Below are positions 30,798 through 42,193 of a stretch of 64,000 nt of DNA, piece after piece. The position numbers and the translations under genes were made by a program. The stretch comes from an uncultured Gemmatimonadales bacterium (GTDB lineage: Bacteria; Gemmatimonadota; Gemmatimonadetes; Gemmatimonadales; GWC2-71-9). The notes under the pieces are model-generated. The model did no database searches, had not been told where the DNA came from, and saw only the letters and a program-made list of their open reading frames with translations. Every line of letters begins with the position of its first letter. Position 1 is the first letter of the stretch. Location of the stretch: assembly GCA_963828735.1 (NCBI GenBank), contig CAWHFW010000005.1:704001-768000 (forward strand). Reading direction: 5' to 3'.

Positions 30798-31331
30798 TCA
30801 CCTGACAGCCTGGGTGGACCCTGGGTAGTGCTTGAACATCTTCTCGACGGCCTTGTTGAGGTTCCTCTCCCACCGTTCCGGACTCTGGCCCAGGTCCAGA
30901 TCCTTGGTCGCGGCGGCGCGCCAGACCAGCGAGTGGCTCTTCGCTTCGATCATGCCGACAACAAGCGTACCGACCGGCACCGGCTTGGCGCGGGCCCAAC
31001 TCGGGCCGCCGTCGGGAACGACCCCGCGGTTGGTGGAGCCGTTGAACTCCAGATCCTGCCTGAGGCCTACCTGGTAGAAGACCTGCACGTCCGGGTTCGC
31101 CGTGCTGTCCTCCTGGGCCAGCCCCTTCATCGCGAGCTGGCTATCCACGGCGGCGACGATGCGGGCGTGGTTGAGATCGTCGGCGGCCAGGGTCGTGCCG
31201 CCGACCCAGGCGTAGGTGCGGTAGGCGGCGAAGCTGGCGTGCCGGTCATAGTCGTAGTTCACGTCCTGTGCTGCTGCGCCTCGGGCCAGCAGCACCAATC
31301 CTGCAGCCCAGAGCAGGGTGATCGTTCGCAA
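30798..31331 (-). CDS. DUF4136 domain protein
   Basis: Signal peptide; DYD...F..YRTYAW, GTLVV..LVWR; start inferred (TTG after AGAGG). Confidence 0.75.
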   Translation of the reverse strand: MRTITLLWAAGLVLLARGAAAQDVNYDYDRHASFAAYRTYAWVGGTTLAADDLNHARIVAAVDSQLAMKGLAQEDSTANPDVQVFYQVGLRQDLEFNGSTNRGVVPDGGPSWARAKPVPVGTLVVGMIEAKSHSLVWRAAATKDLDLGQSPERWERNLNKAVEKMFKHYPGSTQAVR

Positions 31332-31386
31332 GTGACCTCTTCTCTTAGATGATGGAAAGCCACGTGGCCTGCCTCGAGCGAACAAC

Positions 31387-31971
31387 CTAGCCTTGGGACA
31401 CGGTCAGATCGTGGATGTCGCTGCTGAACGAAATTGCGGCCGCGGGTTGCCTCACGGCTTCGAGAACGATCTCGATATCGATACGTTCACCGATCATGAT
31501 GCCGTAGTTGTCCCAGGCAACGTTCCCACTCGCGCTAAAGTCCCGCCGTCTAATGGCTGTCTTGGCGGAGAATCGGGCACGCTCGGATCCCGACCGATCG
31601 AGAGCGACGCCGCTGCTCTCGGTCTCGAGTATCACCTCGCCCACCCGACCCTTCATCGTGAGCTCGCCGACGAGCTGGAACGCGTCCGCCTGCCGTGCGG
31701 TGACGTAGAGCGTCTGGAACGTGATGACGGGGTAGCGTTCGACGTCCAGGAAGTGTGCGGTCCGGAGGTCCGTGTCCCGCTTAGGTATGCCGGTGTCGAT
31801 GCTCGATGCGTCGATCACGACGTCCACGGTGGCGCGACTCCAGTCGCCGTCCGGAACCTGCACCGTCCCGCTCCAGCGGCTGAACCGGCCGCGCACCTTC
31901 GAGATCAAAAGGTGGCGCACAGTGAAATGGATTTCCGAGCTACTTGCGATCTCCCAGCGTTCGATGCTCAT
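31387..31971 (-). CDS. YceI family protein
   Basis: FTVRHL.ISKVRGRF, SIDTG..RD..LR..FLDV. Confidence 0.88.
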   Translation of the reverse strand: MSIERWEIASSSEIHFTVRHLLISKVRGRFSRWSGTVQVPDGDWSRATVDVVIDASSIDTGIPKRDTDLRTAHFLDVERYPVITFQTLYVTARQADAFQLVGELTMKGRVGEVILETESSGVALDRSGSERARFSAKTAIRRRDFSASGNVAWDNYGIMIGERIDIEIVLEAVRQPAAAISFSSDIHDLTVSQG

Positions 31972-32041
31972 CTTGGTCTCCTGTTTTGGTGGAGGCTCTG
32001 GTGGAGCCCTGTTGTTGTCGTGACGGTCAGGCCGGCGCCGG

Positions 32042-32974
32042 TCAGTTGCCGCCGCCCAGAATCGGCCGGTGGATCAGGGCCGGAATCACCGGGATCACCT
32101 CGAGCACCAACCTTCCCCTGTCTCCATATGTGTCCTGGCTGACAACCGAGTACTCGGCACCGAGCGAGAGCTTGACCGGCATCTTGCCGAACAGGGCGGT
32201 TTTTGCGACGCTGAGGCCGACGGGCACGTTCCACTTGTTGCCGTCTGTGGCCCTGTGGTCGTAGGTGATGGTCGGGTCGAAGGCGATCTGCCAGGCGTTC
32301 GGCAGGTTATACGCGAAGAAGTAGAGCAGGTTCATGAAGCTGGCGTCCTTGACGCCGGGCTCGCGGTCGCCCTGCGATCCGATGCCGAAGTAGTACTGGG
32401 CAAACGCGCCGAAGGTCGCTGCTGGTGTCCGGTAGCCCACAACCGCGGACGGACCGATGCCCCATTGGTCGCGACCGAAGGCATCGTGGCTCGCGGTGGG
32501 AAACAGGAAGGCAGGTCCGGCGCCGAGGATCCAGTTCCCGGTCGGGGGCGCGATCACGGTCGGCAGCTGGATGTCACCCAGCCCGCCGGTGTGGCCGAAG
32601 CTGTTGAGACCGGTCGGAACCGGCTGACTGAACAGCACTGGAATGGTGGGCCGCGCGATGAGGTTCCACCGGTTCGCCCCGGTGCCGTGGAGTGGCACCG
32701 GGAGAATCGGCTGAAAGAGCATGCTGCTCCCGACCTTCGCGTCGCCCTGATTCAGGTCGCCGTCTGCAAGGCTGGCGTCGAATCGAGTGAACAAGGCCCA
32801 CACATCCGAGAGCGGGTTCGAGAGTTTTTTGCCGGTCTCCGCGACGTCGTTGGCCGAGCCCGCCGCTGACTGGGGCTCCTGTGCGCCGGCCACTGGTACG
32901 AACCAGATAGACGCGAGCACACTCGCCGCAGCCAGACATGATCGCATGCGCTGGATTGGGTTAGCGCATCGCAT
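32042..32974 (-). CDS. Putative outer-membrane beta-barrel (transporter-like)
   Basis: KKLSNP, FQPILP, GLGDI, GPAFLFPTA, WNVPVG. Confidence 0.7.
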   Translation of the reverse strand: MRCANPIQRMRSCLAAASVLASIWFVPVAGAQEPQSAAGSANDVAETGKKLSNPLSDVWALFTRFDASLADGDLNQGDAKVGSSMLFQPILPVPLHGTGANRWNLIARPTIPVLFSQPVPTGLNSFGHTGGLGDIQLPTVIAPPTGNWILGAGPAFLFPTASHDAFGRDQWGIGPSAVVGYRTPAATFGAFAQYYFGIGSQGDREPGVKDASFMNLLYFFAYNLPNAWQIAFDPTITYDHRATDGNKWNVPVGLSVAKTALFGKMPVKLSLGAEYSVVSQDTYGDRGRLVLEVIPVIPALIHRPILGGGN

Positions 32975-32991
32975 GCGCGTGACCTCCTGCG

Positions 32992-35228
32992 CTATGGCCG
33001 TGCATACACGACCATCATCACCGAGTCCATAACGGCCTTCCTGGCGGCGACCTCGCTGGCGGTCAGGGTCTCTGACTTGGGCGCCTGCTCATAGCTGTCA
33101 TATTCGTAGCCCATCTGCGCCGGTACGATCGGTCTCGCTGACCGGCAAATACACGGCCTTACCGCTTCTGTCGCCGTAGGCGAACTTGCGGTCGAGGTAC
33201 TTGGGATCGGTGGGATTCTTGTTGCCGAGCCGGTTCCAGCTCTCCCACAGCCGGTCGATGTTGGCGTGGTGGAGATAAAAGATCGGATCCGCTCCCACCG
33301 TGGAGAATTCCGCCATGTCGCCGCCGAGTGCGAAATGAGTGAAGAAGTGCGGGTTCTGGTCCAAGTGGGGCTCAAACCCGAGGCCACCGTTCGCCGAGTC
33401 GATGTAAAACTTCTCGTTGAGGGCATCCAGGCTGATCCAGTTCCGGTACAGGAGGTCGATCCGTTCGCCGGCATTGACCCAGGGCCAGCGAGTGGGGTTG
33501 AACAGCGCGCTGCCCGGATCCCGGAACTGCGGCCGGAACGATGAGATCGTCGGGGTTTCCGGTGACCGGGTTCCAGTAGGGCAGGGTGAAGCTGTCGTCG
33601 TGCAGCACCTCGCGGATGACTCCCTCGAACTGGTGCAGCATGAGTCGGTGCCAGGGCAGGAAGAACCACTGCTGAAAATGTTCCGGGTCGGAGGGATCGT
33701 GGGCGTGTGCCTGGCAGCCGTTCCACACGGCCCAGGCCGCTGCCCGGTACTGCGGCGGCAGTGAGTCGATCGCTTCCTTCTTGCGCTTCTGGGACAAGTC
33801 CCACAGGAACGCCGGGTAACCCTTGATCCAATGGGTATTCCACCACCAGGTCCAGGAGCGGGTATCGTATGCCGGCAACGTCTTCATGATCTCGACCGCC
33901 CGGGCGTATTTCTGGAGCATGACCTGGCCTTCCGGGCTGTTGACGTTGTAGCGGATGGAGGGCTTCGTCGAATCCCGGGAGGCCGCCCGCGCGTTGCTGG
34001 AGAGCGCCCCTCCAGCACTGAAAGGGGCGTCCCAGATGCGGAAAGGCAGGCTTTTCGGACCACCGGGGGAGTTCCCCCCGGTGTTGATGGAAACCTTCTT
34101 TGGCGCTTCGCTCTTCGTCGCCGCTGTCGGCTTCGGCTTGAAGAAGTCCAGCATCAGCACGTCATGCGACCCGGTGTGGGTCTCGAGATGCGGGTCGAAG
34201 AACACCAGAGCGCCGGCCGACTGGATCATCCCGCTCACCAGGTGGAATTCATTGCCGATCACCGCACCCGCGACGCCGTGGCGCGGCATCATCATGGGGG
34301 GCAGTGTGATCCACGTGTTGATCGCCGGGTCGTACGCCTGGACGCCGTTGTACGCGCCGACCAGACCGTTGGTCGTGATCTCGCCGCCCGCCACGTAGAT
34401 CAGCTTGCCGTCGGAACCCCAGGCCCCGCCGCTTCGGGCATACGGCATCCGCTCTCTCGGAGCACCCCACGAGTCGTTCAGCGGATTGTACACTTCCACC
34501 GCGTCGGTATTGGTGGCGCTCAGGATGAAGGCGTGGCCGGTGCGGCCGCCGATCACGTAGATCTTGCCATCGACGACGCCGCCGTACGCGTGATTGCGCG
34601 CCACCGTCATCGGGGTGCGGGTCTCCCACTTATTCGTTGCGGGATCGTACACCTCGTTGGTGGTGAGCTACCTTGGCCGGCCCGTACGCGGTGAAGAACG
34701 AGTCCTTGGATGCGTCCACCGTGGTGGCGCCACCCATGATGTAGATCTTGCCGCCCGACTTCGGAGGCCAGAGCGGAGCCGCGCCTGGTGGGCATCGGGG
34801 CCAGCGACTTCCAGGTATCGGCGGCCGGGTCGTACTCCCAGGTGTCGTTAATGGGTTGCCACGCGGCGCCCAGCGGCACGGTCGTGTTGGCGGGGGGGAT
34901 GAAACCACCGAAGACGTAAATCTTCCCGTTCAGAGTGGCCATGGCCGCGTGGTGGGCCGGCCGCGGCATGGACTTTTTCTCGGTCCATCTGTCGGTGGCG
35001 GGGTCGTACTACGTAGTTGAAGCCTCCAGCCTTACCGTCGGCCCACCCGCCCATCACGTACATCTTGCCGTTGGCGGCGGCGCCGTAGAGCTCCTCGTCC
35101 GGCTTCGGGAATGGCGCCGCCTTCTTCCACGGAGATGTCGGTGGCATCTGCGCCAGCGCGGCCGTGGCAAGACCCAGGCTGACGAGTGCGGTGAGTACCG
35201 CGGTTCTTCGTTGCAGCAGATTCGACAT
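32992..35228 (-). CDS. Secreted Kelch-repeat + tyrosinase fusion, about 5 frameshifts
   Basis: Kelch units [38 protein letters not shown]; frame breaks near 35010, 34755, 34668, 33533, 33120. Confidence 0.75.
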
Positions 35229-35260
35229 GAAGCACTCCCTTCGAGAAAGTTGATGGTCGT

Positions 35261-35983
35261 TCACTTCGTGTTGACGATCAGGCCAAACATCAGGTAGTCG
35301 ACATCCTTGAGTCCGTCGCTCTTTTCCCAGAGGTAGGACGGCTGAAACGACACCTGCTTCGTGAGCGGCAGCGTGACGCCGGCCCACACGCGATCTTTGC
35401 TCCAGCCAGCACCGCCGCCGTCATAGGTGGCCTCGTATGCGGCAAAGGGCTGCCAGATGTGGTGTTGAACCGCGAGCGGATGCGAGATCATGACTCGACC
35501 GCGATAGCGGTTGATATCCTCTCTTGGAGCTGGCAGAAACCTTCTGACATACATGTTGCGGACGGCGATCTGGAACTTCCGGAGGGCGAACCCCACGGTG
35601 CCGTCGATGCGGAACTGGTGCTCCCCATAGCTGTCGGTGAATCCTGCCGGCTCCGGCGCGAGCTTATTGAGCCCGCTGGCAGGAACCGAGTAGTACATGT
35701 AGCTGGGCGTAATCGTCAGAAACTTTGTCGCCCGAATAGGGACGTCCACCTGCCCGACCGGTGCTTTCAGGTCGCCGATGTAAAATCCGTAGAATCTCAG
35801 AGCGACCTGTTTTTGCAGCGGGGCGTTGAGCTCCAGGTAGCCGGAAGGCGCGAACACCGAGCCCGATCCACTGCCTGAAGGCGCGTCCACTTCCTGGGCT
35901 ACGCACGGCTGGCCAAACGATGCCAGACCAATCACCAGAAGACCTGGCACCAGATGCGCCGCGAAACGTGGGAATTCTTTCAT
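35261..35983 (-). CDS. DUF2490-like outer-membrane beta-barrel protein
   Basis: Signal peptide; EHQFR, NRYRGR, DRVWAGV; GGGAGGG RBS. Confidence 0.7.
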   Translation of the reverse strand: MKEFPRFAAHLVPGLLVIGLASFGQPCVAQEVDAPSGSGSGSVFAPSGYLELNAPLQKQVALRFYGFYIGDLKAPVGQVDVPIRATKFLTITPSYMYYSVPASGLNKLAPEPAGFTDSYGEHQFRIDGTVGFALRKFQIAVRNMYVRRFLPAPREDINRYRGRVMISHPLAVQHHIWQPFAAYEATYDGGGAGWSKDRVWAGVTLPLTKQVSFQPSYLWEKSDGLKDVDYLMFGLIVNTK

Positions 35984-36119
35984 ACCCTCCCCTCTTATCC
36001 GGTTGGTTGTGAGCACCGCCTGCGACGGCGAACTCCGTCGCACGGCCATCATTCTACGGCCGAGCCGTTGCGGGCTCTTGAACGCGGCAGAGGAATGAAA
36101 TTGCTATCTTCAGCGACGC

Positions 36120-36224
36120 TCACAGCACACCCACCAGGGTGTAGAAGACGAGCATCGCCGCACCCATTGTGGCCGCAATGATCCCCTGCTGGCGGAACGT
36201 GAGCGGCCTGCGGTCCTGGTTCAT
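36120..36224 (-). CDS. 34 aa hydrophobic peptide, copy 1
   Basis: MNQDRRPLTFRQQGIIAATMGAAMLVFYTLVGVL*; GGAGGA RBS; paralogue at 42194-42298. Confidence 0.7.
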   Translation of the reverse strand: MNQDRRPLTFRQQGIIAATMGAAMLVFYTLVGVL

Positions 36225-36233
36225 ATCATCCTC

Positions 36234-36401
36234 CTAGGCAGCAACGCGCGTGACCGAATCGATCACAGAATCGATCAGCAGCTGAACGGCCGCGGCTGAC
36301 TGCTTGCGCCGTTCCAGGTCTTTCACGATCTGACGCTGCGCCCGGACGATCGACTCTTGTATGTTTCTGGCCGCCGGTAGACCCTCGTAGTCCTTCTTCA
36401 T
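36234..36401 (-). CDS. 55 aa small protein
   Basis: MKKDYEGLPAARNIQESIVRAQ...; GAGGAG RBS; related N-termini at 42422 and 44275. Confidence 0.6.
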   Translation of the reverse strand: MKKDYEGLPAARNIQESIVRAQRQIVKDLERRKQSAAAVQLLIDSVIDSVTRVAA

Positions 36402-36444
36402 TGTCATTCTCCTCGTGCTAGCAAACCTTCTGAAGAACTTGTCC

Positions 36445-36590
36445 GTCGTGACGGCGCACATAATGCGACGGCGCGCGAGGCGCCACCATTCAGCAAACGG
36501 TTAGAAGTCAGTACGACTTTTCTTCACTGTGGCTACGACTTTCGACGGCGAGACGATCGGCGTACGGGGTATAGCGCAAAGGTCGTAGTT
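36445..36590. promoter_or_regulatory. Repeated regulatory module, copy 1 (TACGACTTT boxes)
   Basis: Boxes at 36512 and 36534 plus inverted AAAGGTCGTA at 36578; homologous to 43721-43926 and 44370-44483. Confidence 0.65.
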
Positions 36591-36652
36591 CCACCCCCTC
36601 CTTTCGGACGCATCAAGGCCTCTCGGCTCTGGGTGGGGTCCGCGCCGGCGAC

Positions 36653-36833
36653 GGATGCCGTCGCGCGGCGCGGATACTATGCGGGGAAGGTCGTGCGGAG
36701 GTGAACGCTACAGAGGAACGAAATTGCGGCGGCTGCCGATCCGCACCGACGCGGGATGCCGTCGCACGGGGCTGATACTACGCGGGAAAGGTCGAGAGGG
36801 CGTGAACGCTACAGAGGAACGAAATTGCGGCGG
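36653..36833. repeat. Imperfect ~80 bp direct repeat, 101 bp period
   Basis: GGATGCCGTCGC...GTGAACGCTACAGAGGAACGAAATTGCGGCGG x2. Confidence 0.85.
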
Positions 36834-39800
36834 ACGAGCCGGCTCCACAGCACGGACCATCGGGAACGCTCAGGCAGGACGAGGACCACCTCAGTGCCGG
36901 CACCCGGTGCGCTCGTGATGGTGAGCCTGGCGCCGATCGCCGACGCCCGCTCCCGCATGCCGACCAGGCCCCAGTGTCCCTTCGGGCTCCCCTGCTTGGG
37001 GTCGAACCCACCTCCGTCGTCGCGCACAGCCATGCTGAGCGCTCGGGAATCGTAGGCGCAGGCCACCCACACGGTGCGGCAGCCGGCGTGGCGCCGCGCA
37101 TTCGTCATGGCCTCACCGGCGATGCTGACCAGCTCCGCCTCGAGCGCCGGCGGGTAGGGACGTGCGGTGCCTGTCTGCGTGAGGTGGATCACGATCTCCG
37201 TCTCGGCAAAGGTCCGCTGCGCCGCGCCGGCCAGTTGGTCGTGAAGCAAGCCGGCGTTGGAGCGGGTGCGCATGGCGAGCACGAACCGTCTAGTCTCGGC
37301 CAGCGTTTGCCGGGCCTGGACGCCCAGACTTGAGAGGAGGTTGGCGGCGGTCGCGGAGTTGCTGTCGCCCGCAGCCAGGCGTCCGGCGCCGGCCTCCAGT
37401 TGCAGTGCGACCCCTGCCAGGCCGTTCGAGCAGCGTGTCGTGCAGCTCGCGGGCGACGCGGGTGCGCTCCGCGAGGATCGCCTCGAAACGCGCCTGAGTG
37501 CGCGCCGCGGCCAGACGCCCGCGACGGCGCTGCCACGCGACCGCGGCGATGGCCGGCGTCGTCAGGAGGGTGAAGGCGACGAGTCCCAAGAACCACCAGG
37601 TCTGGTTCCACGCCGGAGCGATGGCAAAGGCCAGTGACGCACCGGTGGTGTTCCAGACGCCGTCGTCATTCGCGGCGATGACGCGGAACCGGTAGCGGCC
37701 AGGCGCCAGGTTGGTGAAGAACGCCTCGCGGCGGCTGCCGGCATCCTGCCATGTGTCCTGGAGACCTTCAAGCCGGTACTTGAACCGCACCCGGTCGGGA
37801 ATGGCCAGGCTGTAGGCCGTGTACGCCACGCTGAGCGCGGTGGTGCGTGCCGGCAGCCGTACCGTGTCGACGGCCGACTGCCCGAGGAAGTAGCGCTGCC
37901 GTCCGGCCGTGAGCGCGCGCACCTGCACCGGCGGCGGCACCGGGTTGCGCCGCACCCGATGCGGGTCGACCCAGGCGACGCCCCCCGCGGAGGCGAACCA
38001 GATGCGGCCGTCCGGGCCGGCCGCGGCCGAGGGCAACGGACGGACTTGCTGCGCCGGGGGCTCGATGCCGTCGCGGTAATCGAGGCGCTCGTACCGGACC
38101 TGGTACCCGGGCTCGGCGTGTGCTCGACGAACCTCCGCCGCCGGAATCCGGGTGACGCCGTCGGCGCCGTTGAGCCAGAGCTCCCCATCTGCCGTCTCGA
38201 CCACGCCCGACACGCCGCGCAGCGGCTCCCCGGCCGTGAGCATCGGGACAAACAGGTGGCCCCGCCTGTCGGCCTCACGTGGGTCGAATGCGGCCACGCC
38301 GGACTGGCCTCCGATCCACACGCGGTCGCCGTACACGGAGATGGCGAGGACGCGTCCCACGTCGAGTCCCTGTTCCGCCCCGAACAGGCGGACCGAGTCG
38401 CCCACCACCAGCACCAGCTCGCCACTCTGGTATCCCAGCCACGTCCGGCCGCTGGTGTCGGTGGTAATCACGTTGGCGGGACTGCGCTCGAGCCCTGGCC
38501 GCGGCACGAACTGCTTCCAGCCGCGCCCGGGCCGGCGGCGGAAGACGCCGGCATTGAACGCGATCGCCACCCACAGCCCGCCGTCCCGCTCACGCGCCAC
38601 CGCCTGGATCTCGCGCTCGAAGGCCGCTCCTCCCGACTGCACCGGCGGCAGGGGCACGGGAGCGAACGCGTCACCTTTCCGCTCCCAGAGTCCGATCCCG
38701 CCAATCCAGAGGCCGCCGCGGAGATCGCGGTAGATGCACGTCAGCATCGGGGGGGCGTCGAGCCGCGGGACGATGCGGTCACCGACCCTGAGCAGAGCCG
38801 CCGGCGGACCGCGTCTCGTGGCGACCCACGCCGTTCCGCTGGTGTCCGGCGCGACGGCCGCCAATTCCAGGTACCCCGGCGGTGCGATCGGGGTGAGCTT
38901 GGTCTCGCGAAACCGGTCGATGCCGGTCGGGGTCCCGACCCAGAGGCTCCCCTCCCGATCGTACAGCGCGGCCACGATGAGATTCCCACTCATGCCCGCA
39001 GTGCGGGAGAAAGGGATGGTGAGCGCCCTTGGCGAAACGGTCTCCGGCGTCCCGGCCTCGCCGCCCCCGAGGGTGGAAAGCCACAGACGGACGAGGCGGC
39101 CCGAGGTTCCAATGGCCACCACGGGATTGTCCCGGGACCAGCTCAGGGAGTAGATGCCGGTATCGGGGTATGCGAGCGTGCGGGATGGCGGCGGGCCCCC
39201 GCGGCCGTCCGCCAGAGGGAACACGCCGTACGATCGGTGGACGGCCCAGACCGAGCCGTCCGGCGCCGCCACCAAGTCCAGCTCGCCATCGCGGCGGCCG
39301 GCCCGGGTCGGCTCGCGCTTCTCGAAGCGCGCCGCCCCTCTCGGTAGGATGTAGATCCCGTCTCCCGCCACGGCCCAGACCGACCCGCTCCCGTCCACGA
39401 GGACCGGCTCGGTGTAGCCTCCCGGATATCCGGCGGCGGTGTCGATCGTCTCCCACCGCCCGCCGACGAGCCGGGCGAGTCCACGCGACGTCGCGGCCCA
39501 CATCGTGCCGCCCGAGTCCCGCGCGATCGCGGTCACGGCGCCGCCCGGCAGGCCGTCCTGGGTGCCGTAGGTGAGGATCCTGCCCCGACGGAAGACGCTC
39601 ACGCCGGCAGTCAAGTGGCCAATCCACAGGGAAGTGTCCGGCAGAGCGAGCAGGACGTTGGGCGCGTGCGGCAGGAGAGTCTGGCCCGGCGGGGGCTCGA
39701 ATCGCTCGAACCGAACGCCGTCGAACTGGAAGAGGCCGCGCGCCGAGGCGATCCAGAGCACGCCGTCCGCCCCTTGCGCCAGATAGCTGATCCCCCCCGG

Positions 39801-39974
39801 CGCCCCGTCCCGCACCCCCCACGCGGTATGCGCGTACTGGGCGAGGTCGAGCGACTGTGCCGAGAGGGAGGCGCACGGGCAGCAAGCCACGATGCAGGCG
39901 ATCCGCGCGATCGCCTGCGTTGCTGAGGCCGCTCGCGGCGCGTGACCGCGATGCGCACACGCACGCCGGCTCAT
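36809..39974 (-). CDS. Beta-propeller/Y_Y_Y sensor histidine kinase (HisKA_3), frameshift near 37428
   Basis: DG.LW propeller repeats, FTNLAPGRYRFRVIAAN, ERTRVARELHDTL, EAMTNA..H, DDGGGF, GLVGMRERA. Confidence 0.85.
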
Positions 39975-40046
39975 GGCTCGAAGCACATTCTTCAGGCTAC
40001 AGCAAAGAACGGGGGAGTGCCAGAGCGGCAGCGACACTCCCGGACC

Positions 40047-40182
40047 TCACTGGGACCAGCTGGCCACGACGTCCGTTCCGGCGCCTGGCTCAGTGACGAA
40101 CATGAGGGCGACGGCGGCGCGGGCCGCGCGATGCATACTGGTCAGCCCAGCGTCGTCGGCACAAATGTTCTCGAGGTCGAAC
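40047..40182 (-). pseudogene. HATPase C-terminal fragment, inverted copy of 49428-49565
   Basis: FDLEN...GLTSM..FVTEPGAGTDVVASWSQ*. Confidence 0.8.
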
Positions 40183-41697
40183 TCACCCCATGCGGATGAG
40201 ACCGCGCTCCACCGCCTTGGCGACCGCATCGGTCCGGCTGCTCGCACCGAGCTTCTCCAACAGGTGGCTGAGATGGATCTTGACAGTGGCCTCGCTGATG
40301 AAGAGGGTCTCCCCGATCTCCCGGTTGGACTTCCCCTCGGCCACCTGGCGGAGCACGCGCATCTCCTGCGGTGTGATCTGCGCCCGGGTAATCCGCGCCA
40401 CCAGCTTAGACGCGACGGTAGGTGAGACCCACGTGCCGCCGGCGTGCACCGTACGCACGCAGGCTACTAGGTCGCCTCGGGCCACGTCCTTTAACAGGTA
40501 GCCCTTGGCTCCCGCGAGCAGCGTGCGATCGATGTCGTCGTCCGTGTCGAAGGTGGTCAGGACCACCAGCACCGCCTCGGGGAACTCCCGCCGCAGGCGC
40601 TCGACGACCTGGAACCCGTCCAATTTCGGCATCTGGAGATCCAGGAGCGCCACGTCCGGCCGCTCCTGGCGATACAGCACGATGGCGGATTCACCATCCT
40701 CCGCCTCCGCGACAACCCGGATGTCCGCCTGCTCGTTGAGGATCTGGGCAACGCCGTTCCGGACAATCGCGTGATCGTCGGCCAGGAGGACTCGGATGGG
40801 CACGCTCGCCAGAATGGCGGCGCGCACCGCGCCGACGGGCGGCGTCGCGACTGTCACCCTCGTCGCGCCGTCCGTCCCCAGCGCACGCCCGAATGCCTCG
40901 GCCGACTCGAACCGGTCGGCGGCGACAGGCGCGAGGGCGCGGGCCACCGCCTCGTCCACCGCGGCGGGCACGCTGGGTCGCGCGTGGCGTACCCTCGGCA
41001 CTTCGCCGCTGAAGCGCTTGGCGATGATGGCCTGCGCGCTGGGCCCGGTGAACGGCGGCTCGCCAGCCAGCATCTCGTAGAGCACGGCGCCGAGCGAGAA
41101 GATGTCGGTCCGGGCGTCGAGCGCGCGGTCGCCCGCGGCCTGCTCGGGGCTCATGTAGGCCGGGGTCCCGATCGCGAGTCCGATCTCGGTCAGCCGCTCA
41201 CCGTCGGGGGTGAGCGCGCGGGCGATGCCGAAGTCGGCGACCAGGGTCGAGCCGTCCACGGTGAGCAGAATGTTCTCGGGCTTGATGTCGCGGTGAACGA
41301 CGCCGTGCTTGTGGGCGTACTCGAGCGCGCGCGCCGCCTCGGTGGCGATCCGGAGCGCTGCGTCCACCGGCAGCTGTCGCTCGCGGGTCAGCCGATCGCG
41401 GAGCGACTCCCCTTCCACAAAGGGCATGGTGAACCAGAGCCGCCCATCCGCCTCGCCGGAGTCCAGCACAGTGAGAATGTGCGGGTGCTGGAGCCGGGCC
41501 GCGAGCCGGATCTCGAGCTTGAATCGCTCGGGGCCGAGCGTCTGGGCCAGGTCGGGGTCGAGGACCTTGAGCGCGACCAGGCGGTCGTGCCGGAGGTCGT
41601 GGGCGAGGTACACCGCAGCCATGCCACCGTGGCCCAACTCGCGGTCGAGCACGTACCGGTCGCGAAGCGCGTCGGCCAGGGCTGTGGGGACGGTCAC
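40183..41697 (-). CDS. Ser/Thr kinase - REC - LuxR HTH fusion protein
   Basis: Single ORF: GHGGM, VALK, HRDIKPEN, DFG, GTPAYMSPE, then ADDH, LLDLQMP, LTTFD, YLLK, SNREIG..ISEATVK. Confidence 0.88.
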   Translation of the reverse strand: MTVPTALADALRDRYVLDRELGHGGMAAVYLAHDLRHDRLVALKVLDPDLAQTLGPERFKLEIRLAARLQHPHILTVLDSGEADGRLWFTMPFVEGESLRDRLTRERQLPVDAALRIATEAARALEYAHKHGVVHRDIKPENILLTVDGSTLVADFGIARALTPDGERLTEIGLAIGTPAYMSPEQAAGDRALDARTDIFSLGAVLYEMLAGEPPFTGPSAQAIIAKRFSGEVPRVRHARPSVPAAVDEAVARALAPVAADRFESAEAFGRALGTDGATRVTVATPPVGAVRAAILASVPIRVLLADDHAIVRNGVAQILNEQADIRVVAEAEDGESAIVLYRQERPDVALLDLQMPKLDGFQVVERLRREFPEAVLVVLTTFDTDDDIDRTLLAGAKGYLLKDVARGDLVACVRTVHAGGTWVSPTVASKLVARITRAQITPQEMRVLRQVAEGKSNREIGETLFISEATVKIHLSHLLEKLGASSRTDAVAKAVERGLIRMG

Positions 41698-41768
41698 GGT
41701 GATGCCGGGTGGGGGTCGGGGACAAACCTGTGCGCCGCGGTGCCGGAATGCCAGCACGCGCGCGGGTA

Positions 41769-41840
41769 GATCTGGGCCACGCGGTTCTGGACGATCGCGT
41801 GGTCATCGGCCAGGAGGACTCGTAGGGGCACGCTCGCCAT
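41769..41840 (-). pseudogene. N-terminal stub of the NarL-type response regulator
   Basis: MASVPLRVLLADDHAIVQNRVAQI preceded by CCTGAGGTGAGATC, as at 44575-44588. Confidence 0.7.
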
Positions 41841-42193
41841 GATCTCACCTCAGGATGCCTCGTCGGCCGAACGGGACTGGGCGAGGCCTGGGATCCAAGG
41901 TATCGCCGCCCAGCACCCCCCGTCCATTCGATAGGCAACGGAGCCGGCGCGGGGAGAGCCACGCCGATCACCTTGAGGCTACAGCGGAGGTCGGCGGGCT
42001 GCCAGAGCAGGAGGGAGGCTCCCGAACGCGCCCCGAGCGGGAATTACGTGACCTGCGGCTGGTTATCGGTCAGGGTGATGCCGGTATCGAGCATAGGCGC
42101 GCTCGATCTCACCGAGAATGGCGAAGGTGGGCACCAGCTCGGCGCCATCAGTCGGGCTCACGTGGGCGAGGTGAAAGCTTCACCCCGCGGGAC

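Noticed and set aside
36653..36833. CRISPR array
   Set aside because: Only two units, the inter-repeat sequences are homologous to each other, and there are no cas genes.
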